Source: Bacillota bacterium
GTDB lineage: Bacteria; Bacillota; JAAYKD01
Direction: 5' to 3'
Assembly: GCA_963666425.2 (NCBI GenBank)
Contig: OY762825.2
Span: 2,560,001 to 2,624,000 of the forward strand
Length of the DNA: 64,000 bases
How positions within the stretch are numbered: the stretch's first letter is position 1; the number at the start of each line of letters is the position of its first letter. Positions 18,157 through 28,169 of the stretch are shown piece after piece. A program made the translations under genes and the position numbers. The notes under the pieces are model-generated. The model worked only from the letters and a program-made list of their open reading frames with translations. It had not been told where the DNA came from and searched no databases.

Positions 18157-19836
18157 ATGGATTTCAAATCTGATATCGAAATTGCACAGGAAGCAACACC
18201 CCAAGATATTCGTCAGATCGCTACAAAACTGGGATTAAGAGAAGACGATATCGAGCTTTACGGAAAATATAAAGCGAAAGTGGACTATAATTTGCTGAAA
18301 GAAACCCGGAAAGACGGCAAACAGGCAAAATTAATTTTAGTCACCGCGATCAATCCGACCCCAGCCGGCGAAGGCAAAACCACAACGAGTATCGGTCTAT
18401 GTGATGGTCTGGCGAAAATCGGCAAAAATGTAGCCATCGCTCTGCGTGAACCTTCTTTGGGTCCTGTCTTTGGTGTCAAGGGCGGTGCTGCCGGCGGCGG
18501 TTATGCTCAAGTCATTCCGATGGAAGATATCAACTTACATTTTACCGGTGACTTCCATGCGATTACTGCTGCCAACAACCTTTTAGCTGCGATGATCGAC
18601 AATCATATTTACCAAGGCAATGAATTAAGAATTGATACCCGTCGGATTACCTGGCGCCGCTGCATGGATATGAATGACCGTCAGCTGCGTTTTGTCGTCG
18701 ATGGTTTGGGCGGCAAGAGCAATGGCACCCCAAGAGAAGACGGTTTTGATATTTCGGTTGCTTCTGAAGTCATGGCGGCCTTCTGCCTTTCCAATGACTT
18801 AATGGACTTAAGAGAAAAACTCGGCAACATCATGGTAGCTTACAATGTGGACAACGAACCGATCTATGCCCGCGATCTGAAAGCACATGGCGCCATGGCC
18901 GCTTTGCTGAAGGATGCCTTAAAGCCAAATTTGGTACAGACCCTGGAAGGTACCCCTGCGTTTATTCACGGCGGTCCCTTTGCCAATATCGCTCATGGCT
19001 GCAACTCCATCATCGCCACCAAAATGGCGATGCATTATGCCGACTATGTGGTAACAGAGGCTGGTTTCGGCGCCGATCTTGGTGCGGAGAAGTTCTTTGA
19101 TATCAAATGCCGCAAAGCCGGTCTGACACCGAACGCAGTTGTGATCGTGGCGACCATCCGGGCCTTGAAATACAATGCCGGCGTAGCCAAAGAAGACTAC
19201 AGCAAAGAAAACCTGACCGCAGTGGAAGCCGGTTTGCCGAATCTACTGAAGCATGTAGAAAATATGACGCAAATCTATCATATGCCCACCGTCGTTGCCT
19301 TGAATCATCGCACCAGCGATACTCCGGCTGAAATTAAACTGGTAGAAGATAAGTGCAGAGAATTGGGCGTTAACGTTGTCTTGAGTGATGTCTGGGGCTT
19401 AGGCGGCGAAGGCGGCAAAGATTTAGCCAATGAAGTGGTACGCCTCTGCGACTTAGAGAATCATTTCCAATTCTGCTATGAAGACGGCAAAACACTGAAA
19501 CAAAAAATCAATGCCATCGCAACCCGGGTTTACGGTGCCGGTCAAGTGGATTTCTCTGCTGCTGCCAGCCGTGAACTGAATAAAATTACCAAAATGGGCT
19601 TTGCCAATTTACCTATTTGTATGGCAAAAACCCAATATTCCCTGACCGATGATGCCAAAGTAGTCGGCCGTCCGGAAGGATTTACCATCAGTGTCCGCGA
19701 TGTCGTGCTGAACTCCGGCGCTGGCTTTGTAGTTGCCGTCACCGGCGATATTATGAGAATGCCTGGCTTGCCAAAAGTTCCGGCTGCGGAAACCATTGAC
19801 GTTGACGAAACCGGCAGAATCAGAGGTTTGTTCTAA
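18157..19836 (+). CDS. fhs: Formate--tetrahydrofolate ligase
   Basis: [49 protein letters not shown]. Confidence 0.98.
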   Translation: MDFKSDIEIAQEATPQDIRQIATKLGLREDDIELYGKYKAKVDYNLLKETRKDGKQAKLILVTAINPTPAGEGKTTTSIGLCDGLAKIGKNVAIALREPSLGPVFGVKGGAAGGGYAQVIPMEDINLHFTGDFHAITAANNLLAAMIDNHIYQGNELRIDTRRITWRRCMDMNDRQLRFVVDGLGGKSNGTPREDGFDISVASEVMAAFCLSNDLMDLREKLGNIMVAYNVDNEPIYARDLKAHGAMAALLKDALKPNLVQTLEGTPAFIHGGPFANIAHGCNSIIATKMAMHYADYVVTEAGFGADLGAEKFFDIKCRKAGLTPNAVVIVATIRALKYNAGVAKEDYSKENLTAVEAGLPNLLKHVENMTQIYHMPTVVALNHRTSDTPAEIKLVEDKCRELGVNVVLSDVWGLGGEGGKDLANEVVRLCDLENHFQFCYEDGKTLKQKINAIATRVYGAGQVDFSAAASRELNKITKMGFANLPICMAKTQYSLTDDAKVVGRPEGFTISVRDVVLNSGAGFVVAVTGDIMRMPGLPKVPAAETIDVDETGRIRGLF

Positions 19837-19940
19837 ACTGAAGTTCGATTGTTTTATAGCAGGGCTGTTTCACTTTGTGAGACGGCCCTAAAATAAAAGG
19901 ATCTTTCTGAAGCAAAATGACGCGAGAGGAGTGTTTTCTA

Positions 19941-20570
19941 ATGAATTTACGTGAATTGCGTACCGATGAATTTGTGGCGGAATTGGCATCCAAAGCACCA
20001 GTACCGGGCGGCGGCGGCGCAGCTGCGCTGATCGGCGCTCTGGGTTCCGCTTTGGGTTGTATGGTTGTCAATCTGACCTCCGGTAAAAAAAAGTATGCCC
20101 AATATGAAGCGGATTTGCAGCGCATGCTGACGCGCCTGACTGAGTTGTATCAGGGTTTGCTGCAAATGATCGACGACGACGCAGTCGCTTTTTATCCCTT
20201 GTCACAGGCTTACGGCATCAAAGCGGTTACGGAAGAGGAGAAAGCTGCCAAGCAGAAGCTCCTGCAGGCTGCCTTACAGCATGCCAGCCTGGTGCCGATG
20301 CAGATCGTCCGCACTTGTTATGAGGGAATTACCATTCAGGAAGAACTGGCAGCGAAAGGTTCCCGCTTGGCGATCAGTGATGTGGCGTGCGGCGTTCAGG
20401 CTTTGCGGACCGGCTTATTGGCTGGTCGGGTCAATGTCATGATCAATTTGGGCATGATTGAAGATCAGGAATTTGTCGGCCAGATGAAAACTGAATTGGA
20501 TAACCTGACGGAAAAAGGGGTCAAAAAGGCCGATGATATTTTCCGAACAATTGAAGCTGAACTGATGTAG
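19941..20570 (+). CDS. fchA: Methenyl-THF cyclohydrolase / formimino-THF cyclodeaminase family (FTCD_C)
   Basis: LASKAPVPGGG, MVVNLT.GKKKY, DDDAVAF, AISDVA, NVMINL. Confidence 0.88.
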   Translation: MNLRELRTDEFVAELASKAPVPGGGGAAALIGALGSALGCMVVNLTSGKKKYAQYEADLQRMLTRLTELYQGLLQMIDDDAVAFYPLSQAYGIKAVTEEEKAAKQKLLQAALQHASLVPMQIVRTCYEGITIQEELAAKGSRLAISDVACGVQALRTGLLAGRVNVMINLGMIEDQEFVGQMKTELDNLTEKGVKKADDIFRTIEAELM

Positions 20571-20583
20571 CATCGTATAATAA

Positions 20584-20626
20584 AGAAGGGGCTGGAGCAT
20601 ATCAAGAAATGCTGCAGCTCCTTTTC
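20584..20626 (+). terminator. Terminator after fchA
   Basis: aaggggctggagcat...atgctgcagctccttttc. Confidence 0.6.
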
Positions 20627-21210
20627 CATAACTTTTCGGCGCTCGTTATTCGGTAAAATGACATTACTATTTGTAAATAGATAAGAAAAACCAAATGCCA
20701 GATGGAAAAGTCCAACCCGAAAGGAAGAGCATTCTGGTTTTGTTATGATGCCATAATACATATTGATTTCATTCGATGCACTGTTTACACTTGCTTTTTC
20801 TCAGTAGTGATTTGCATCTCAAAGTTAGATTTTATGTAAGTGATACACTGCCATCAGCAAGGACTTTTTCTCAGCGAAATATTCAAAAGTTTCAATTGCA
20901 CATTTTATTTTTTGTGCCATAATGAACATGATACGTTGATTTCTCATCAGTCAATGAGTCCAAGAGCAGAACGCATAGGTTTTTTTAGTTATTTATCAGG
21001 CTTCTACTGCAATTTCAATGTAACAATTTACTTGCTTTTGATTTTCATGAGTTGATTCAATGCGTAAAAAAACCCGGATTTTGCATTTTGAGGATATTGA
21101 AAATCTGTATAGAAGAGCGGTTTATTAGTGTTCAACATTTAAGCCAGTTTTGGATGAATTTTAAAAATGACCGCAAAGCGATACAACTAGAAAGAAAGGT
21201 AGTAAGTATC

Positions 21211-22104
21211 ATGTACAATCCACAACTTGAAACCTTCATTCGGGTAGCGGATGCTGGGAGTTTTAGCAAAGCGGCAGAACAATCCTATATAACACCTACT
21301 GCGGTGATTAAACAAATTAACATGCTGGAAGCGAAGCTTGGTGTGCTACTTTTTGAACGAACACATCGAGGTTTGAACTTGACAAAAGCTGGTACTTCAT
21401 TGTATAAAGACGCGAAATACATGATTCAATACAGCAAGGACTCTGTGATACGGGCAAAGAACGCTCTACAAGAAGACAGCAATACCATTCGTGTCGGAAC
21501 TTCTGCCATGACACCGGCAAAAATCCTCGTAGATCTTTGGCCGAAAATTCATGAACCGTATCCCGAAATCAAGTTTCAACTTATCCCTTTTGAAAACACA
21601 CCAGAAAATGCAAGAGAAATATTAAGGAATCTTGGTCAGAACATTGATGTTATTGCAGGAATCTTTGACGATATACTTTTGGATGTGCGTAACTGTGCAG
21701 GCTTTGAGCTTTCAAGAGAACCTCTCTGTTGTGCCGTCTCTATACATCACCGCCTTGCTGATAAGAACAGATTGACAGTTCAGGATTTGTATGGAGAAAA
21801 TTTGATGCTGATGCATCGGGGATGGAGTCATTCTATAGATCAACTTCGGGATGACATTTTGGAACACCATAGACAGATTCATCTGGTAGATTTTGATTTT
21901 TATAGCGTTGATATCTTCAATCGCTGCGAAAACAGCAACGACATTCTTATGGCAATTGCGGGATGGGCCAATGTCCATCCACTATTGAAAGTGATTCCTG
22001 TGGATTGGGATCACTCCATTCCCTATGGTCTGCTCCATTCGCTCAAGCCATCTGAAAAGGTGAAGCGTGTCCTTGCGGCGATTCAAACGGTATTGCAGCA
22101 ATAA
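21211..22104 (+). CDS. LysR-family transcriptional regulator
   Basis: MYNPQLETF..VADAGSFSKAA..ITPTAVIKQI..LE..LFERT HTH; substrate-binding domain. Confidence 0.93.
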   Translation: MYNPQLETFIRVADAGSFSKAAEQSYITPTAVIKQINMLEAKLGVLLFERTHRGLNLTKAGTSLYKDAKYMIQYSKDSVIRAKNALQEDSNTIRVGTSAMTPAKILVDLWPKIHEPYPEIKFQLIPFENTPENAREILRNLGQNIDVIAGIFDDILLDVRNCAGFELSREPLCCAVSIHHRLADKNRLTVQDLYGENLMLMHRGWSHSIDQLRDDILEHHRQIHLVDFDFYSVDIFNRCENSNDILMAIAGWANVHPLLKVIPVDWDHSIPYGLLHSLKPSEKVKRVLAAIQTVLQQ

Positions 22105-22300
22105 TGAAATGGAAGCCATAACCTTTGAGTATAAGCTAACGAACAAATCGAGACTTCTCTGGAAGGCTCGATTTGCTTATAATACAAATGTAAGAAATGA
22201 TTATCAGGTGTGAGCAAAACAAGAAAAGGATTGTCATCAATGATAAATGACCGATAAGGGCATTTTTTAGTCCGAATAAATCGATCAAGGAGGTTGGAAG

Positions 22301-23014
22301 ATGGATAAGCCGTTTGTCGTTTGTCACATGCTGGCTTCTCTCGATGGGAAGATTGATGGTGATTTTATGGTTGCTCCCGAAAACGCGCCTGTTCTGCAGG
22401 AATATGGGAAGCTTCGTGTTTCTTATGCATGCCAAGCCACACTTTATGGAACGGTCACAATGGAAGGCAGTTATTCCGAAACTCGTATGTCGGAATTACC
22501 AAACAGTAGAATGCTCTATCCGAAAGAAGACTATCAAGCTCCTACTGACGTAAAAAACTATATCGTTTCTATTGATCCAAAAGGAATTTTGGGATGGAAA
22601 TCTAAGTATATCGAGAGAAAAAATCGCCCCAAATCCCATGTGATCGAAGTCCTTACTGAGCAGGTTTCTAACAATTATCTGGCATATCTTCGACAATTTG
22701 ATATTTCTTATATTTTCGCAGGCCAAGATCAACTTGATTGTAATGTAGTTCTGTATAAATTAAAAACAGTGTTCCAAATTGATCGCTTGATGATTGCTGG
22801 AGGTGGTCTGATGAATTGGTCATTCCTTCAGGACAATCTGATTGACGAGTTGAGTCTCGTTATCTCACCTTTGGCAGACGGTAACCGAAAGGCTGTTTCA
22901 ATTTTCGAAAAAGCGGAGTTCCTCCCCGACAGAACACCAGCAGTTTTTACTCTGAAAGAGGTAAAACAAATTGAAGGAGATGGACTTTGGTTACGTTATT
23001 TACTGAAGCGATAA
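22301..23014 (+). CDS. RibD C-terminal/dihydrofolate reductase-family protein
   Basis: CHMLASLDGKI, LMIAGGG, LIDELSLVISP, LWLRY. Confidence 0.88.
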   Translation: MDKPFVVCHMLASLDGKIDGDFMVAPENAPVLQEYGKLRVSYACQATLYGTVTMEGSYSETRMSELPNSRMLYPKEDYQAPTDVKNYIVSIDPKGILGWKSKYIERKNRPKSHVIEVLTEQVSNNYLAYLRQFDISYIFAGQDQLDCNVVLYKLKTVFQIDRLMIAGGGLMNWSFLQDNLIDELSLVISPLADGNRKAVSIFEKAEFLPDRTPAVFTLKEVKQIEGDGLWLRYLLKR

Positions 23015-23030
23015 GGAGGGTATATACTAT

Positions 23031-23168
23031 ATTGAATTCTTAAGGGACTTGAACACTTCTTCAGACAGACTTGGCTGCAGATGCAGGGGGCGAACTTGCC
23101 TGCATCGCACAAGCAATAATGAGATAATCGACCTGGTTGTCTGTGGCGAAGGCTGGAGACAAGCATAG
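23031..23168 (+). pseudogene. Possible decayed cupin-domain gene fragment
   Basis: Orphan RBS AAGGAGG without usable start; frame reads LGCR...LHR...LVVCGEGWRQ, loosely like cupin PGCRNNWHIH...LVTGGEGWYQ. Confidence 0.25.
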
Positions 23169-23387
23169 CCTGTAAGTCAATTTGTTGCTGTTTGCATTTA
23201 CGTATAAAATCACGTGCAGTGACGTAAAAGCTCACTAAGCTGGCTTCTGGAAAACACCAAAAACTGCTGATACACGGCACACAAAGCCGGAAGGTAAGTT
23301 ATTGATGAGACACAAAATCCTATGGAAAAGTCTGCTATATTTGGCGGGTTAAGAAGAATCAATAACAACGATAAGGAGTAATGCATC

Positions 23388-23945
23388 ATGAGAAAAAATT
23401 ACGGAAAGAAAACCTGGTTTTACCCATTACCGGTTCTGATTATTGGTACTTACAGTGAGAATGGTAAAGCAGATGCTATGAATGCAGCTTGGGGTGGCAT
23501 TTATGATCGTGATCATGTTGTGCTCAGCCTTGGTGCAGGGCACAGAACCACACAGAACATCAAAACAAAAGGTGCGTTCACCGTGAGCTTTGCTGATATC
23601 TCTCATGTTGTGCAAGCAGATTATGTTGGATTAGTTTCTGCAAAAGATGTGGAAGATAAAATGGAACAGGCTGGATTCCATACTAGTAAAAGTGAGTTTG
23701 TGGATGCTCCCATTATTGATGAATTGCCCTTGACATTAGAATGCAAGCTCGTTAAAGTGAACGAAGATGGAAAAATCATTGGCGAAATTGTCAATGTCAA
23801 CGCAGATGAACGCATTTTAGGTGAGGATGGAACAATCGATCTGGCAAAGCTTCAGGTTATTTCCTTTGATCCGGTTCACAACGCCTACTTAATGCTGGGT
23901 GAAAAGGTCGGTAATGCTTTCCAGGATGGAGCGGTGCTGAAGTAA
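23388..23945 (+). CDS. Flavin reductase/flavoredoxin-family protein
   Basis: YPLPVLIIGTY, AMNAAWGG, ADYVGLVS, APIIDELPLTLEC, VGNAF. Confidence 0.9.
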   Translation: MRKNYGKKTWFYPLPVLIIGTYSENGKADAMNAAWGGIYDRDHVVLSLGAGHRTTQNIKTKGAFTVSFADISHVVQADYVGLVSAKDVEDKMEQAGFHTSKSEFVDAPIIDELPLTLECKLVKVNEDGKIIGEIVNVNADERILGEDGTIDLAKLQVISFDPVHNAYLMLGEKVGNAFQDGAVLK

Positions 23946-24033
23946 CCGAAAGGCTTATACTGCACCATAGGTGGAGATTCCAGAACATTTTGTTTGCGGT
24001 TTCATTTGAGAAGAAATTTTCTTAAAAAACAAG

Positions 24034-24054
24034 TTATAACCTTTATTGTTATAA
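24034..24054. promoter_or_regulatory. Palindromic operator, LysR-type
   Basis: Perfect TTATAAC-N7-GTTATAA; related ATAACCTTTGAGTATAA at 22118-22134. Confidence 0.5.
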
Positions 24055-24150
24055 ACAAGCAAGGGTTGTTTGTTGACTAAATCTTGGAACGGCTGATATT
24101 AAATAGGTTGATTCGTCTAGATTTGGTTTATGAAAATGATATTGAGATGA

Positions 24151-24194
24151 AAAAGTAGTTGCAGCAATTTTATTTTTAGCTGCAACTATTTTTT
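24151..24194. terminator. Bidirectional terminator
   Basis: aaaagtagttgcagc...gctgcaactatttttt. Confidence 0.7.
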
Positions 24195-24195
24195 A

Positions 24196-24687
24196 CTAAT
24201 TATAATACTCTTTTCTCAAACCGAATTCCGCCGATTCGACCCAATCTTCTGCCTGTTTCAGTAAAGCGGCAAGCTCTTCCAAAACCTCATAATGATGCTT
24301 CTCTTGATTGATCAGATAGGTGAAAAGTTCTTTTTCCATGCCGGCTTCCGGATCGGCTGCGTGTTTGCTATAAAAATCAATGCTTTGCTTTTCTTTATCG
24401 AGCGCGATGCGGTAAAAATCCAATTGACTGGGATTTTCTTTGCCCTTGATTTTTATTTTTGCAATATCCTGGAAGATATTTTTAGCTTTGCTTAAAGTCT
24501 CCGAATCCGGACATTCGTAAGCTAAATGATTCAGTTTGTGGCTGAGCAATTGAGCATGCATCTTTTCGTCATCCGCCAGCATCCGGCAGACGACATTGAG
24601 ATTATTCTGCGTATAAAGCTCTGCTTGTTCCCGGTAATATTTTTCTCCGTCCTGTTCCATCTGGATGGCAAATTCTAAAACGTTCAT
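24196..24687 (-). CDS. Ferritin-like/rubrerythrin-family di-iron protein without rubredoxin domain
   Basis: FAIQMEQDG..YY, LADDEKMH, ALDKEK..FY, LINQEKHH (two E...ExxH motifs); ATG after GAAAGGA. Confidence 0.88.
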   Translation of the reverse strand: MNVLEFAIQMEQDGEKYYREQAELYTQNNLNVVCRMLADDEKMHAQLLSHKLNHLAYECPDSETLSKAKNIFQDIAKIKIKGKENPSQLDFYRIALDKEKQSIDFYSKHAADPEAGMEKELFTYLINQEKHHYEVLEELAALLKQAEDWVESAEFGLRKEYYN

Positions 24688-24706
24688 CTTCTGTCCTTTC
24701 TTTAGA

Positions 24707-24760
24707 GCCAAGGGGACGGGGGTTGTGGCACACCTGTGCCACAACCCCCGTCCCCTTGGC
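24707..24760. repeat. Perfect 26-bp GC-rich inverted repeat (REP-like doublet)
   Basis: gccaaggggacgggggttgtggcaca-cc-tgtgccacaacccccgtccccttggc; no U-tract; lies between co-directional genes. Confidence 0.85.
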
Positions 24761-24766
24761 ACAAGC

Positions 24767-24955
24767 CTATTCGAGAGAAATTGCGCTGACAGGGCAGGAT
24801 TCTTTGGCTTCTTTGGCACAGGCTTCCGACACTGCCGGAATCAATTCCGCGATGGCGACCGCCTTGTCTTCAAAATCCATTGAAAATACTTCCGGACAGA
24901 TGGATTTACACAGACCGCAGCCGATACAGGAGTCTCTGTCTACCATGGCTTTCAT
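24767..24955 (-). CDS. Single-cluster [4Fe-4S]/[3Fe-4S] ferredoxin
   Basis: CIGCGLCKSICPEVF...SCPVSAI; GGAGG RBS. Confidence 0.92.
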   Translation of the reverse strand: MKAMVDRDSCIGCGLCKSICPEVFSMDFEDKAVAIAELIPAVSEACAKEAKESCPVSAISLE

Positions 24956-24993
24956 ACTTGTTTCACCTCCGTTTTTTTGATGCTGAGCTAAAT

Positions 24994-25329
24994 TTATACT
25001 GTCTCGATACCAATGAAAAGGTCGGTTCCTTCTGTTTTCACCGGATAGCTGTGAAGATCGGTTGCTTTGACCTTGATAAATAGCAGTTTTCCGCTTTGCA
25101 CTAATTTACCATTGGTTACATCATAAACGGAGCCATGCCGCGGGCAAATAATGTGAGTGCCCTCCAAGGTTCCCTCAGCCAAAGACCCTCCCATGTGCGA
25201 ACAGCTATTATCAATGGCATAATAGCTGTTGGCCAGATTGGTCAGCAGAATATCTTTTCCATGATAGGTGATTTTCATCTTTTCTCCCGGGTTCAACTGA
25301 TTGGTATTGGCAACTTTAATAAACTCCAT
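24994..25329 (-). CDS. Rieske [2Fe-2S] ferredoxin
   Basis: CSHMG and CPRHGS Rieske boxes; start MEFIKVA after AGGAGG. Confidence 0.9.
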   Translation of the reverse strand: MEFIKVANTNQLNPGEKMKITYHGKDILLTNLANSYYAIDNSCSHMGGSLAEGTLEGTHIICPRHGSVYDVTNGKLVQSGKLLFIKVKATDLHSYPVKTEGTDLFIGIETV

Positions 25330-25553
25330 TCGGAACCTCCTTTCTAAAATATACAAGAATTTCATATTGTACGAGAAGATACTACCAGATCCAACACTAA
25401 TTCTACCATAGAGAGATATTTTTGTCAATCGGCAACAGGCTGAACAAGAATTTGGTTTTTTTAATCGGTTGCTCCGGCAGCAGCTGATGAGAGAAAAAGA
25501 GAGTGACACGGTCTTGTGCCACTCTCCATCGATTTTATTCGGTTTTAGGCAGC

Positions 25554-28019
25554 CTATTTGATGCCGGCGCTTAAGATGGCATTGAAGATCAATTTATAGG
25601 TGTTATGCGCCTGCGCCCGATAGATGGGATTAAAAGCGAAGCAAACGATGCGGCCTTTACCCATGGGGATTTCACAGAGGGCGCTGCGGCCGTTGAGCTG
25701 TGCCTGCGGATCCAGCATCCAACCGGAAAGCAGGAGGTTGGAACTGGGATAATGAGCGAGAACCGTACCGCTGTCAACCGATAAAGCGCCGGAGCGTTGG
25801 AACCAGATGGGTTCTTCTTTTTCGGCACCCCAGGTTACCGGGTGTTCATTATTGACGCAGACGCGCAGCAGAGAGCCGGGAATATAAAAATCTTTGGGAG
25901 GTAATTTCGCTAAGATGTTCTTGGCGGGGATCCCGAGTGTCTCAATGGCATAATCAACAGCGTGATCGATTGCGATCAGAACACCGCCGGCTTGGACAAA
26001 GTCTTGCAAAGCCGTGGCACCCGCTTCTCCCAGACCACCAAAATAGGGAGCGGGGACCATGTTTTCCGGTAAGCCTTCCTGAATCCGCTGCGCCATCATA
26101 TTCGGCAGGATCAAGGCATCATATTTTTCAATCAGGTTGCCCGCCTGAATCAGCTCATTGCTGGGGCTTTCGAAATCGAAGTGGAATTGTTCCAAGACAA
26201 AACGCAGCCAGCCTTCATCCATTTCACCGGTCCAACTCTTGTATAGACCGAAGCGGACGGGACGCAGACTGCAGGTAGGCAGTCCATTCTCCCAGGGTGT
26301 AATTACAAGACCTTTTTCTGCCCAGTCCTGCATGAATCTCGTTAGGCCGACCTGGGTTGGGATTACCCATAAACCGGCGGGGAGCACAACCTCTTTTGTT
26401 TCAATGGTTTTGGTCAGACGTTCTACCCTGAAGCCATTTTGCAGTAAATCATTGACAAAGGCAAAGCCGTCGTTCAGTTTGGGGTCAACAATATAGCAGG
26501 AAGCGTCAGTGCGGGGTGCTGCAACGGCTTTCGGTGTCACATCAGAGAGGCGTGTCATTGCAACGGTCAGCGGTTCTGTGACTGTTACCGTATCAATGCC
26601 CATTAAGAGACCTTGCGTAAATGCGGTGACATCATAGGGACGTTGGGGCGGCCCACCGGGATATTCACGGATATCGGGGTAATCCTGGATCTCCAACAAA
26701 CATTTCGCAAAAGCAAAATAAGGCTGATCGGCAGGAATAATCACAGAACCGGCAGCATAAGTCTTGCCATTGAAGCTGAAGGCTTGATCCGCCGTATAAA
26801 GTTCGACTTGCCCGATATGGAAGATGCGCAGCAAGCGGTAGACGCTGTCTGTCGCTCTTTGTCCGGCAGGAATCACAAAAGCATAAGGCGCTCCTTGATG
26901 GTTCACTGCTTTGCGGCCAATCTGTAGGAAGTTGCGCAGCCAGGTTTCCCGGTTGCGGGCAGCATGCGTGAGTAAGGCTTCGGTCGCCAGACGTTCATAT
27001 TCGATGATATCAGAAAGATGCCATTCACCGCCGGTCCAGGGTTCAGGGAAGTTCCAGGCGCGCACTTTTCCGTCATAGCCGATACCGGTCGTTAATTCTT
27101 CGAATTTTACGTTAACCGGTGTGGCGATTTTACAGGAGGCTGCTTCAGTCAGGATACGGATGCCGCCGTGGGTATGTTGGAAGGCGCGCGCCGGATTCCA
27201 GGCATCATAAATGCCGTGGATCAGGACGCCTTTTTTATCCTGAGCGGTGAGTTCCTGCGCCATGGCAGAGCCGATCCAGACAATTTCCTGCTGAATGATC
27301 GGATCAACATTTGGCTCAATGGGATCGACATAAGGCGGAATAAAGAAACGGGCGGCAGTAGTTCCCATTTGATGCATATCATAGATGATTTGCGGATGCC
27401 ATTCGTTATGGATTTCCTCAATCGTCAGGCGATTTTCCACTTGGCTGAAGGTATACCAATCGCGGTTGTTATCATGCCCGACGTATTTTTGATAGAGCCA
27501 AGGCATGATGCCGCCTTCATAGGGGGTATCCAGATTCTTACGGTACCAATCTGTAATCATCTGATGTCCATCCGGATTTAAGGAAGGAACCAGTACTAAA
27601 ATAACGTTGTCCAAAATTTGTTCCGCATTTGGCATCGTTGAGGCAGCCAGGGAGTAAGCCAGTGCCATGCTGTATTCGGGTCCGGCGATTTCGGTAGAAT
27701 GAATTCCGCAGGAAATCATCACAATCGTTTTGCCGATACGAATCAATTCCTTGGCATCCTCGTCGGATAAACCTCTGGGATCAGCCAGCCGTGCTTGATT
27801 TTGACGATGAGTTTCCAGATGCTTCATGTTGTATTCCGAGGAGATGATCAGGTTGATAAAAGGTTTACCTTCGGTGGATTTTCCCATTTCGGTCAGTTTA
27901 ACCCGTTCGGATGCCGCAGCCAAGTGTTCAAAATAGGCCAGCATTTGCGGCCAATCTGCCAGCGTGCGGTCACTGCCCGGCTCAAAGCCTAGAAATTCCT
28001 TCGGTGTCATGAGCTGCAT
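25554..28019 (-). CDS. M14-family zinc carboxypeptidase, no signal peptide, with large C-terminal domains
   Basis: GKSTEG, GIHSTE (HxxE), NPDG, DNNRDW, DMHQMG, ILTEAA. Confidence 0.87.
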   Translation of the reverse strand: MQLMTPKEFLGFEPGSDRTLADWPQMLAYFEHLAAASERVKLTEMGKSTEGKPFINLIISSEYNMKHLETHRQNQARLADPRGLSDEDAKELIRIGKTIVMISCGIHSTEIAGPEYSMALAYSLAASTMPNAEQILDNVILVLVPSLNPDGHQMITDWYRKNLDTPYEGGIMPWLYQKYVGHDNNRDWYTFSQVENRLTIEEIHNEWHPQIIYDMHQMGTTAARFFIPPYVDPIEPNVDPIIQQEIVWIGSAMAQELTAQDKKGVLIHGIYDAWNPARAFQHTHGGIRILTEAASCKIATPVNVKFEELTTGIGYDGKVRAWNFPEPWTGGEWHLSDIIEYERLATEALLTHAARNRETWLRNFLQIGRKAVNHQGAPYAFVIPAGQRATDSVYRLLRIFHIGQVELYTADQAFSFNGKTYAAGSVIIPADQPYFAFAKCLLEIQDYPDIREYPGGPPQRPYDVTAFTQGLLMGIDTVTVTEPLTVAMTRLSDVTPKAVAAPRTDASCYIVDPKLNDGFAFVNDLLQNGFRVERLTKTIETKEVVLPAGLWVIPTQVGLTRFMQDWAEKGLVITPWENGLPTCSLRPVRFGLYKSWTGEMDEGWLRFVLEQFHFDFESPSNELIQAGNLIEKYDALILPNMMAQRIQEGLPENMVPAPYFGGLGEAGATALQDFVQAGGVLIAIDHAVDYAIETLGIPAKNILAKLPPKDFYIPGSLLRVCVNNEHPVTWGAEKEEPIWFQRSGALSVDSGTVLAHYPSSNLLLSGWMLDPQAQLNGRSALCEIPMGKGRIVCFAFNPIYRAQAHNTYKLIFNAILSAGIK

Positions 28020-28066
28020 AACAAACTACCTCCTTAAAAAATCAAATTGCATAAATACTCCTTAAT

Positions 28067-28094
28067 CTTTCGTGACGGGAAACAATTTCCCTGC
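28067..28094 (-). promoter_or_regulatory. SigH-like promoter of the M14 gene
   Basis: Minus strand GCAGGGAAA-N11-CACGAAAG. Confidence 0.35.
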
Positions 28095-28169
28095 CTGTCA
28101 ACGATAAATAAATGAAAAACCGCAGACAATGAAAGAGATCATTGCCTGCAGTTTCTTTTTAAGAACTTG

